A stretch of 39,216 bases of DNA from IMG/VR virus record IMGVR_UViG_3300037423_000623, positions 1-39,216 of that record, one strand, 5' to 3'. A program made the position numbers and the translations under genes. Shown one piece after another: positions 23,462 to 31,807 of the stretch. The stretch comes from a virus. Position 1 is the first letter of the stretch, and the number at the start of each line of letters is the position of its first letter. Under the pieces are notes generated by a model, which was not told the origin of the DNA, ran no database searches, and worked only from the letters and a program-made list of their open reading frames with translations.

Positions 23462-24475
23462 ATGGCGCTCACTTCCGTAGAAAAAAATCAGGAAATCCTG
23501 TCGCTGGCCCTTGAGGATCGTTCCGCAGGGTATCAGGACCTGGTTTCCAACTCGAATGTGCTTCTCTACACCCTTCAGGACAAGGGTCTCTGGAAGCCCT
23601 ATTCGGGTCCGCGTATCCGTGAACGTCTGCTCTACAACGAGACCGGTTCCGGCGTCTGGTACAATGGTTGGGACTTCCTCAACCCCGTGCCGGCGGAACT
23701 GATCAACGACGCCGAATATACGCCGAAAATGGCGGCTGTTGCGGTGGCGCTGAGCAACGAGCAGATCCTGCAGAACTCCGGCGAAGGCCAGCTTGAAGAC
23801 GTGATGGAAGTTCACATCGCGGCTGCCGAGCAGGAATTGCAGGACCTCACCGACGCCTCGCTGCACTCGGCCGGGACCGGCTTCGGCGGCAAGGAACTCG
23901 GCGGCCTGCAGCTGGCCGTTCCGACCACCGTCAACTCGGGCACGTATGGCGGCATTGACCGTGGCGCCAACGCGATTTGGCGCACCACGAGCTACGACGT
24001 TCAGTCGGCATTCTCCGGCATCACGCAGGTGAATTCGACCACCGTCCGCTCGATCTACCAGCAGGCCATCATTGCCCGTTCCAAGGGCAAGCGCGGCCCG
24101 GACCTGATCCTGGCATCGTCGGAGCACTACCAGGCTTACGACGCGGCCACCGTCGCCATTCAGCGCATCAACGACGAGAACAAGCTGGGCAAGCTCGGCT
24201 TCACGTCGCTGAAGTTCTTCGGTGCCGGCAAGCAGATGGACATCGTTCTGGAAGGCGGCATCGGCTCCAACATGCCGTCGAATGTCTCCTACCTGCTCGA
24301 TACTTCGTCGCTGCGCTTCCGCTACCACCCGGAACGCAACTTCTCGAAGATCGGCAAGGCGATGATGCCCATCAATCAGGATGGCGTTGTGCAGTACATC
24401 GGCCTGATGGGCGAGTTGACCATGGTGAACCCGCTTTCCCAGGTCAAAATCTACGACAGCAACCCGGCCGCGTAA
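23462..24475 (+). CDS. Major capsid protein
   Basis: 337 aa, after the scaffold gene, with a strong AGGAGAA SD and followed by a decoration-like gene and a terminator. Call is by position and size; no motif proof. Confidence 0.75.
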   Translation: MALTSVEKNQEILSLALEDRSAGYQDLVSNSNVLLYTLQDKGLWKPYSGPRIRERLLYNETGSGVWYNGWDFLNPVPAELINDAEYTPKMAAVAVALSNEQILQNSGEGQLEDVMEVHIAAAEQELQDLTDASLHSAGTGFGGKELGGLQLAVPTTVNSGTYGGIDRGANAIWRTTSYDVQSAFSGITQVNSTTVRSIYQQAIIARSKGKRGPDLILASSEHYQAYDAATVAIQRINDENKLGKLGFTSLKFFGAGKQMDIVLEGGIGSNMPSNVSYLLDTSSLRFRYHPERNFSKIGKAMMPINQDGVVQYIGLMGELTMVNPLSQVKIYDSNPAA

Positions 24476-24487
24476 GGAGACCCGAAC

Positions 24488-24979
24488 ATGGCTTACGTTC
24501 CTATGACTGCCAATGTTGGTTTCCCGGCTATCGCCGCAACCAGCACTGTCGCCGGGTGGAAGCTCGGCGACATCATCCGCGCCGTCGATCCGGTCTATGG
24601 CGCGGGCGAGTTCATCTACCTGAAGGGCGCGGCCAACACCGCGATCGGCTCGTGGGTGACCTACAACAGCGACGACAATTCGACCACGCTGCTGGCGGCC
24701 AACGCCATCGGTCCGGTCGCCGTCGCCATGTCCGCGAATGTTGCCAGCCAGTACGGCTGGTATCAGATCGGCGGCAAGGCGATCGGCCTCTGTCTCGCTG
24801 GCTTCCTCGACGACGCCAACGTTTACGCGACGGCCACGGCCGGCAGCGTGGACGATGCCGTGGTGGCGGGTGATCGCGTCAAGGGCGCCAAGGGTGCCTC
24901 GGCGATCGGTACGCCGTCGGGCAGCTTCGCCGAGTTCGAAATCGCGCGTCCGTTCATGGACGACGGCCTGGCGGCCTAA
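24488..24979 (+). CDS. Putative capsid decoration/cement protein (DUF2190-like)
   Basis: 163 aa, Gly/Ala/Val-rich and beta-type, directly after the capsid gene. AAGGAGA SD. Confidence 0.45.
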   Translation: MAYVPMTANVGFPAIAATSTVAGWKLGDIIRAVDPVYGAGEFIYLKGAANTAIGSWVTYNSDDNSTTLLAANAIGPVAVAMSANVASQYGWYQIGGKAIGLCLAGFLDDANVYATATAGSVDDAVVAGDRVKGAKGASAIGTPSGSFAEFEIARPFMDDGLAA

Positions 24980-24988
24980 GCGACATAG

Positions 24989-25020
24989 GGGGGCGGCTTC
25001 CGAGCCGTCCCCTTTTCCTT
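24989..25020 (+). terminator. Rho-independent terminator after the head genes
   Basis: GGGGGCGGC-ttccga-GCCGTCCCC (9 bp including one G-U pair) followed by TTTTCCTTT. Confidence 0.75.
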
Positions 25021-25021
25021 T

Positions 25022-25045
25022 GCACTCCCTCAGACGGAAAGGATT
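25022..25045 (+). promoter_or_regulatory. Conserved late-leader motif, copy 3 (upstream of first tail-module gene)
   Basis: GCACTCCCTCAGACGGAAAGGATT, immediately after the terminator and 9 nt before ATG 25054. Confidence 0.45.
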
Positions 25046-25053
25046 TTCCCACC

Positions 25054-25815
25054 ATGGCGAACCAAGACCTTATCTCGCCGCGCTTCTACACCGCGGCTGT
25101 TGAAAACCCGGCGGAAAGCAAAAAGCAGGGCCGGCCGATCTTCGAAGACAAGGAATTCGTGGAAGTGAAGTTCGCGGGCGATAAGCTCCGCGTGCACGTC
25201 GCTCCCGCGCACGAGTATTTCAAGCAGCGGCGACTGCCGAACGGCGACAGCGAGTGGGTCACCTACGCGCAGGAATTCCAGCCGATCTATGAGCGGTTCA
25301 AGCAGGGCCTCATCGAGCAAGGCATCGGCACGCCGCTGTCCGAACTGCCTTTCCTGACGGAATCGAAGCGCGCCGAGTTGAAGGCCCTCAACATCAAGAC
25401 GGCCGAAGCGCTGGCGCAGATCGACGGCGGTCCGCTGAAGATGCTGGGCATGGGTGGACGCGAGCTGAAGAACCAGGCGCAGGCCTACCTCGACAAGGCG
25501 AACGGCTCGGCCGACGTGACACGGCTGGCCGCTGAGAACGATGCCATGCGCGCCCTCATCGCCGACCTTCAGAAGCAGGTGGGCGAGATGCAGAGTAACG
25601 CCAAGTCCCCAGTGAAGGCGACGAAGGCTTCCAAAGCTCCGCCGCGCGAAACCGGGGAGCCGTCTCCCTTCGAAAGCTACGAGGATGACGACATTCGCAA
25701 CTGGCTTCAGTCGGGCGGCTTCGGCGCGGACCCGACATGGACCCGGGAAGACCTGATCGCGAAGGCTGACGAAGCCAACGCCGAACTGGCGGCGAAGAAG
25801 AAGGTTGCTGCCTGA
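25054..25815 (+). CDS. Hypothetical virion-module protein (253 aa)
   Basis: Complete ORF. The C-terminal half is helical and charged. Confidence 0.5.
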   Translation: MANQDLISPRFYTAAVENPAESKKQGRPIFEDKEFVEVKFAGDKLRVHVAPAHEYFKQRRLPNGDSEWVTYAQEFQPIYERFKQGLIEQGIGTPLSELPFLTESKRAELKALNIKTAEALAQIDGGPLKMLGMGGRELKNQAQAYLDKANGSADVTRLAAENDAMRALIADLQKQVGEMQSNAKSPVKATKASKAPPRETGEPSPFESYEDDDIRNWLQSGGFGADPTWTREDLIAKADEANAELAAKKKVAA

Positions 25816-26525
25816 TGGCCTCGATCCTCTCCATCATCAAGGACGTGGCCACGGTCATCGGCATCGACGTGCCGACCGTGTTCATGACGTCCCAAGAGCG
25901 CGAGCATCTTGAGTTGGCTTCGCTTGCCAACGAGATGGCGGAGAGGATCGGCCGCGCCTACGACTGGCAGGCGCTGGCGGCTATCGCGACCTATACCGGC
26001 GACGGAGTGACGGAAGACTTCGACTTGCCGTCGGATTTCGACCGCATGCCGGTCTCGGCCAAGGTGTGGTCATCGAGCATCCAAAGTCCGCTCACGGCCA
26101 TTCCTGACCGTGATACCTGGCTAGCTTACGAGGTTCAGAACATCAGCCTCGTGTTCGGTGCCTGGACGCTGTTCGGCGGCCAAATCCATATCAAGACCGC
26201 TCTCGCAGCGGGCGCTACGGCCAAGCATTGGTATCAGTCCAACAAGCTGGTGAAGGCGAAGGATCAGAACGACGTTATCACTTACGCCGCGCTCTTCGCG
26301 GCCGATGCCGATATGTTCCGGCTTGATGACCAACTGCTGAAACTCGGGATCATCTGGCAGTGGAAGGCCAATAAGGGACTGGCCTATGGCGAGGATCTGC
26401 AGAACTACGAAGAGCTGAAGGAAAAGCTCATCGCCAGGGACAAGGGCGGCCGAACAATGATCATCGGCACGGTTCGCACGCCTTCCAATGTCGACATGGC
26501 CTTGCCGGTGACGGTGACGCCATGA
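25815..26525 (+). CDS. Putative head-tail adaptor (T7 gp11-like position)
   Basis: 236 aa, coupled to its neighbours (TGATG and ATGA overlaps). The order portal...scaffold-capsid-[adaptor]-[nozzle]-internal proteins-fibre parallels T7. Positional call only. Confidence 0.4.
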   Translation: MASILSIIKDVATVIGIDVPTVFMTSQEREHLELASLANEMAERIGRAYDWQALAAIATYTGDGVTEDFDLPSDFDRMPVSAKVWSSSIQSPLTAIPDRDTWLAYEVQNISLVFGAWTLFGGQIHIKTALAAGATAKHWYQSNKLVKAKDQNDVITYAALFAADADMFRLDDQLLKLGIIWQWKANKGLAYGEDLQNYEELKEKLIARDKGGRTMIIGTVRTPSNVDMALPVTVTP

Positions 26526-28129
26526 GGCGAGCATTCCGCCGCGTGCCCGTGCCGCCGCCTCAACAGCAGCAGGGCGTTCTGGCGACCTTCCCGGCGCCGA
26601 TCCGCGGCAAGATTTCGAACGAGAACCTGGCCGGCGCTCAGCCGCTCGGCGCCAAGGTTTTGGTCAATGCCTTTCCTACCCAGACCGGCGTCCGCATTCG
26701 CGGCGGTTCGAAGCTCATCGCGACGGTGACCAACGGCGCGGCCTGCCTGTCGATGTTCACCTACGTTTCCGGCGGCCTGCACAAGCATTTCGCAGCCACC
26801 GCCGACAAGGTGTTCGATGTCTCGGCCGTGGCCGATCCAGCCGTCATCCCGGCAGAGGAATTTTCGGGGCAGACCACTGGCTATTACTCGTTCGCGCAGT
26901 TCGCGACCTCGGGCGGCAGCTTCCTTTACATCGTCAATGGCGCTGACAAGCCAATGCTCTACAGCGGCACGGCGTGGACGGCGATCGACGGCGCGTCGAC
27001 GCCAGCCATCACCGGAGTGACCACGGCCACCCTCAGCCATGTTTGGGTCTATCGAAAGCGCCTGTTTTTCGTGCAGACCGGCACGCTGAATGCCTGGGCG
27101 CTCCCGGTCGATTCCATCGGCGGCGCGGCGACGCAGATCAGCTTGGCTGGTATCTTCCAGAATGGCGGTTCGCTGCTGACAGGGGCCACATGGTCGCTCG
27201 ATGCCGGCGACGGTATTGATGATCGCTGTGTGTTTATCTCGGACAATGGCGAGGTTGCCGTTTATGAAGGCGCCGACCCGTCCGACGCCAGCAACTGGAA
27301 TCTCGTTGGCCGCTATGACATCTCGCCGCTACTCGGCAAGCGCGCCATGCTTCCAATCGCTGGCGACGTGCTGCTTTTGACGCAGGATGGCATTGTGCCG
27401 CTGTCCCAGGTCGTGACCAAAGACCCGGCTGCACTGTCGCTCGCCGCAGTGAGCAGGAACATCGAGCCGGATTGGCGCTCCGAGGTCAGCGCGCGCAACA
27501 GCCATCCTTGGGAGATGGTCAAATTCCCGAATTTCAGCATGGGGATCGTGTCGCTGCCCAAGACGACATCGACAGAACCGAAGTGCTTTGTCGTCAACCT
27601 CGAGACCGGGGCCTGGGGCGAATACAGCGGTTGGGATACACAGTGCCTCATCATCCACGCCGGATGGGCCTATTTCGGCACGTCCGACGGGAAAGTGATG
27701 CAGGCCGAAATCGGCGGCAACGACAACGGCAGGATCTACACCGCACAGGTCGCCGGCCAGTTCGACCATCTGCGCAACCCCGGCATCACCAAGACCGTGC
27801 GGATGATCCGCGAGACGTGGCGCTCGAGCCGCGACTTCATTTCGCAGTTGTCGCTGTCGGTGAACTATCAGACGCAATGGCCGGTCGCGCCCAACTCGGC
27901 ACCGGACACCACCGCGCTCGATCTGTGGGACGTAGGCCTGTGGGATCAGGCTAAATGGGACGCGGCACAGGCCGAAAGGCAGACGATTGTCCGCTGGCGC
28001 AGCGGCGGGAAGACCGGCTTCACCATCTCCTATCAGGTACAGGTGACGTGCGGCGTGACGGCCTCGCCTGATGCCGAGCTCGTGTCGCTCGACCTGCTCT
28101 ATGAAAACGGCCAGTTGTCGATTGGATGA
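26522..28129 (+). CDS. Putative tail nozzle / tail tubular protein B-like
   Basis: 535 aa, beta-rich, following the adaptor-like gene. Positional call only. Confidence 0.45.
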   Translation: MRRAFRRVPVPPPQQQQGVLATFPAPIRGKISNENLAGAQPLGAKVLVNAFPTQTGVRIRGGSKLIATVTNGAACLSMFTYVSGGLHKHFAATADKVFDVSAVADPAVIPAEEFSGQTTGYYSFAQFATSGGSFLYIVNGADKPMLYSGTAWTAIDGASTPAITGVTTATLSHVWVYRKRLFFVQTGTLNAWALPVDSIGGAATQISLAGIFQNGGSLLTGATWSLDAGDGIDDRCVFISDNGEVAVYEGADPSDASNWNLVGRYDISPLLGKRAMLPIAGDVLLLTQDGIVPLSQVVTKDPAALSLAAVSRNIEPDWRSEVSARNSHPWEMVKFPNFSMGIVSLPKTTSTEPKCFVVNLETGAWGEYSGWDTQCLIIHAGWAYFGTSDGKVMQAEIGGNDNGRIYTAQVAGQFDHLRNPGITKTVRMIRETWRSSRDFISQLSLSVNYQTQWPVAPNSAPDTTALDLWDVGLWDQAKWDAAQAERQTIVRWRSGGKTGFTISYQVQVTCGVTASPDAELVSLDLLYENGQLSIG

Positions 28130-28614
28130 ATATCATCTGGGGCTCGGCGAGGGAGCCAGAACTGAATATCGCGCTCGGTGAATGGTGCCGGCGCAAGGTG
28201 GGCCTAGCTCGTCCCTTTGTCAGTTTCACGTCGCTCGGCGTGTTCGATGACGACGGGGAACTGCACGGTGTGACAGTCTTCCATAATTGGGACCCGGAAG
28301 CCGGGGTGATCGAGGTTTCCGGCGCGTCCAGTTCGGCGCGGTGGCTCCCCCGGCCGGTGCTCTACGAGATGCACGCCTATGCGTTCAACCAGCTTGGATG
28401 CCAGGCGATTGTAATGCGCGTGGCGCCGGAGAATGCACGCATCCAACGCATCCTGCGGGCCTACGGCTACGAGGAAACCCGCATCCGGCGCCTACGGGGC
28501 CGCGATCAAGATGACCTGATTTTCATCCTCTATGACGACGTGTGGCGAGCCAACGGCTTCCACCGTGAGAACAAGGAGTTTGCCGATGGGCAAGAGCGCG
28601 CCGAAGCCGCCTGA
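28126..28614 (+). CDS. GNAT-like acetyltransferase
   Basis: ...VFHNWDPEAGVIEVSGASSS...VLYEMHAYAFNQLGCQAIVMRVAPENARIQRILRAYGYEE is the GNAT core pattern (V..N..A..l....G-aromatic). ATGA overlap with the nozzle gene. Confidence 0.55.
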   Translation: MNIIWGSAREPELNIALGEWCRRKVGLARPFVSFTSLGVFDDDGELHGVTVFHNWDPEAGVIEVSGASSSARWLPRPVLYEMHAYAFNQLGCQAIVMRVAPENARIQRILRAYGYEETRIRRLRGRDQDDLIFILYDDVWRANGFHRENKEFADGQERAEAA

Positions 28615-29617
28615 TCCGAAAGCAACGTCGGCGGCCTCAACCTCCACAAATGTCGGCACCGCGATTGCGAATGCCTTCATGGGCAACGTCAATCAGAACA
28701 CGCCCGACGGCTCGCTGAACTACAGCCAGTCCGGCACATACCAATGGCACGACCCCTATACGGGCAAAACCTACGACATCCCGACTTTCACGGCGACGCA
28801 AACGCTTTCGCCGACGGGGCAGGCGATCAAGGACCAGACCGACGCCGCGCAACTGAACCTGGGCAAGATTGCCAACAGCCAGTCGGCGTTCCTGAACGAC
28901 TATCTCGGCAAGCCGGTGGACCTCTCGTCCGACAACGTGTCGAAGTACATCGACACGCATTTCATGGACGATTTCAACAAGACCTGGGATCAAAACCAGT
29001 CGGGCCTCGAAACCCAATTGGCGAACAAGGGCATCAACATCGGTTCCGATGCCTACACCAGGGCGATGGGCGACTTCTCCACGCAACGCTCGAACGCCCG
29101 CGACAACCTCTACGGCAACGAGTACGGCCAGGCGCAGCAGTCGATCATGGCGGAGCGCAACCAGCCCATCAACGAAATCTCGGCGTTGCTGAACGGCTCG
29201 CAGGTCAGCCAGCCGAATTTCGTCAATACGAACATGCCGACGATCCCGACGACCGACGTGGCCGGGCTGATCAACCAGAACTATCAGCAAAAATTGCAGG
29301 CCTTCCAGCAGCAGCAGGCCGCGACCGGCGGCATACTCGGGGGCTTGTTCGGTCTCGGCTCGGCCTTCCTCGGCAACCCGGCGCTGTCCTTCTCTGACAG
29401 GCGCCTGAAAACCGACATCAAGAAGGTCGGCAAGACCAACGACGGCCAGAATATCTATGCCTATCGCTACAAGGGCGATAACCGGCCGCAGATCGGCCTC
29501 ATGGCTCAGGAGGTCGAGCGCAAGCACCCCGGCGCCGTGGTCGAAATCGGCGGCTTCAAAGCGGTCGATTATTCCAAGGCGCTCGGCGCGACCTTCGGCC
29601 TCGGAAAGGCGGCGTAA
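28586..29617 (+). CDS. Virion protein with C-terminal peptidase S74 intramolecular-chaperone domain
   Basis: The C-terminus, SFSDRRLKTDIKKVGKTNDGQNIYAYRYKGDNRPQIGLMAQEVERKHPGAV...VDYSK, is the S74 signature (S-D-x-R-L-K). AAGGAG SD before ATG 28586. The track start at 28532 overlaps the GNAT gene in another frame. Confidence 0.75.
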   Translation: MGKSAPKPPDPKATSAASTSTNVGTAIANAFMGNVNQNTPDGSLNYSQSGTYQWHDPYTGKTYDIPTFTATQTLSPTGQAIKDQTDAAQLNLGKIANSQSAFLNDYLGKPVDLSSDNVSKYIDTHFMDDFNKTWDQNQSGLETQLANKGINIGSDAYTRAMGDFSTQRSNARDNLYGNEYGQAQQSIMAERNQPINEISALLNGSQVSQPNFVNTNMPTIPTTDVAGLINQNYQQKLQAFQQQQAATGGILGGLFGLGSAFLGNPALSFSDRRLKTDIKKVGKTNDGQNIYAYRYKGDNRPQIGLMAQEVERKHPGAVVEIGGFKAVDYSKALGATFGLGKAA

Positions 29618-31807
29618 ATGGCATCGTTCATCTTCGATCCGTCCAAGGGCGAGACGCCCGAAACCCTCGCTCGCCAGCGCGCCATCCTAGACGCGATGAT
29701 GCAGAATTCGCAGGGCGTGCCGCAGTCACTCGGTGAGGGTATCGCGTCGATCGGACAGGCATTGTCCGCGCGTCTCGGCTATGCCGCGCTCGCCCGCAAG
29801 GAAGCCGCTGCCAGGGCCACTGGCGACGCGGCTTTTGGCAACGTCGCGGCTGCTATGGCTGGCAAGGGTGCGTTCCCGCCCGCTCCGGGCTCGTCCAGCA
29901 CAGCCGCGGCGTCGGCCCCCGATTATCACGGCGATCAGCTCGCGTGGACCGATGCCGCGCCCTACCAGAAGGCGCTCCTGAACACCATCGCCGGCCCGGA
30001 GAGCGGCGGCCGATACAATGTCATTTACGGCGGTGGCACGTTCGATGATTTCTCACGTCATCCCAATCAGGCCGTTCGCATTCAGACGGGCCCGAACGCC
30101 GGTCGCACGTCGAGCGCCGCTGGCAAATACCAGTTCCTCGGCTCCACCTATGATGACCAGGCCAAGAAACTTGGTCTCACCGACTTTTCTCCGGTCAGCC
30201 AGGACAAGGCGGCCTGGAATCTTGCGGCCGAGACCTACAAGGCAAAAACCGGGGAGGATCTTGCGACCGTGCTTCAGTCTGGGGACCCGCAGGCTATCGC
30301 TGGCGTCGGCCAGGCGCTCGCCGGGCAGTGGACTAGCCTTCCAGGCGGCATCGAGCAGGGCACGAATACGAACCGCTTCGTTGCCACCTATCAGCGTGCC
30401 CTCGGCGCTGGCGCTACGCCGGCACAGGCAGCCGCGGTCGCGCAGCAGACCACGCAGGCGAAACCGGTTCAGGTGGCGAGCCTTGACCCTTCGGCCGGCG
30501 TGGCCGCAGCCACGGCTCGGCCGCTGCCGCAAGAGTACGCCGCCAAGGGCATCACCCAAGAGCAGTGGAACGCGATGAACGCTCCCGACGGTGGCGCGCC
30601 GCAACCCGCGCAGGTGGTGCAGACGAAACCGGCACCGGCCACGGACGGCGGCTATACGCCGGGTGCCCCGGCAGCGACAACTGATCAGGGCAAGCGCGTC
30701 CTTGCAGCCTTGATGAGCCGGCAACCGATTGGCGGTCCGGTAGCAAGCCTGCAGCCGGCCGGCGGCGCTATTCCCGCCCCTGAGCCTTCCCCGGCTTCTC
30801 CCGCGCCCGCCGCGCCACCGCAGCAGCGCATTGTGCAGGCCATGCAGGACAATCTGCCGGTGATGGCTGGCGGCGGCGGTGGCGCGATCCAGTGGGATGC
30901 AAACGGCGGTCCGGACATCCAGACGCTACTGCTGGCCGCGAATTCGGCGCCCTACATGAACGACACGCAAAAGGCCGTCCTCGGCGCCATGATCAAGCAG
31001 AAGATGGACCCCGACGCGGCGCTAGATACCGAGTACAAGCGGGCGCAGATCAAGAACATCGAATCCGAGATTGCGAAGCGCAGCGACCCGAACGCCCGCG
31101 ACAAGTTCGGCAACAATCCGGTGTGGGGCAAGGACAAGAACGGCAAGTGGGTGCTGTTCCAGCTCAACAACGCTGGCGGACTCGCTCCCGCGGCCGCACC
31201 CGACGGTATCGACCTTGTTCCGCCTGGTGTTGGTCAGGTCGATCTGGGCACGTCATTCGGCATTCGCGACCGCGCCGGCGCGATCATCGGCACCGTTCCG
31301 AAGGATGTTTCTGGCGAGGCCGCGCAGAAGGAAATCGGCAAATCGCAGGGCGCCGCTCAGTTCGATTTGCCCCGCATCGAGGACAATGCCGCGATGATGA
31401 CCGGCATCCTTGACCGTATGAAGACGCATCCAGGCCGCGCCGGCTCCACCGGCTTCATTGAAGGTATGTTGCCGTCTCGAACCTCCGATCAGGTCGATTT
31501 TCAGTCGCTGGTCAATGAGACGAAGGGGCAAGCCTTCCTCCAAGCCTATCAGACGCTCAAGGGGGCCGGCCAGATCAGCGAGGCCGAGGGCGCCAAGGCC
31601 GAGCAGGCGCTGTCACGTCTAGGCAATCAGCGCATCAGCGATGCTGAATATTTGCGGGCGATCGATGACTTTGAATCCGTCATCAAGGTCGGGCTGGCAC
31701 GCGCTCGCAAGCAGGCCGGCGTACCGGAAGACGGCGCACCCCAGTCGCAGCCGCAGGACGGTTCCCGTACCACGAGCGGCGGCTTGAAGTGGAGCATTGA
31801 ACCCTGA
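29618..31807 (+). CDS. Internal virion/ejection protein with lambda-lysozyme-like (GH104) lytic transglycosylase domain
   Basis: Residues ~112-250: LLNTIAGPESGGRYNVIYGGGTFDDFSRHPNQ...SSAAGKYQFLGSTYDDQAKKLGLTDFSPVSQDKAAW...WTSLPGG. This parallels lambda R: LAWSEGTD..GYDVIVGGELFTDYSDHPRK...STGAGRYQLLSRWWDAYRKQLGLKDFSPKSQD...WASLPGAG. Confidence 0.85.
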   Translation: MASFIFDPSKGETPETLARQRAILDAMMQNSQGVPQSLGEGIASIGQALSARLGYAALARKEAAARATGDAAFGNVAAAMAGKGAFPPAPGSSSTAAASAPDYHGDQLAWTDAAPYQKALLNTIAGPESGGRYNVIYGGGTFDDFSRHPNQAVRIQTGPNAGRTSSAAGKYQFLGSTYDDQAKKLGLTDFSPVSQDKAAWNLAAETYKAKTGEDLATVLQSGDPQAIAGVGQALAGQWTSLPGGIEQGTNTNRFVATYQRALGAGATPAQAAAVAQQTTQAKPVQVASLDPSAGVAAATARPLPQEYAAKGITQEQWNAMNAPDGGAPQPAQVVQTKPAPATDGGYTPGAPAATTDQGKRVLAALMSRQPIGGPVASLQPAGGAIPAPEPSPASPAPAAPPQQRIVQAMQDNLPVMAGGGGGAIQWDANGGPDIQTLLLAANSAPYMNDTQKAVLGAMIKQKMDPDAALDTEYKRAQIKNIESEIAKRSDPNARDKFGNNPVWGKDKNGKWVLFQLNNAGGLAPAAAPDGIDLVPPGVGQVDLGTSFGIRDRAGAIIGTVPKDVSGEAAQKEIGKSQGAAQFDLPRIEDNAAMMTGILDRMKTHPGRAGSTGFIEGMLPSRTSDQVDFQSLVNETKGQAFLQAYQTLKGAGQISEAEGAKAEQALSRLGNQRISDAEYLRAIDDFESVIKVGLARARKQAGVPEDGAPQSQPQDGSRTTSGGLKWSIEP

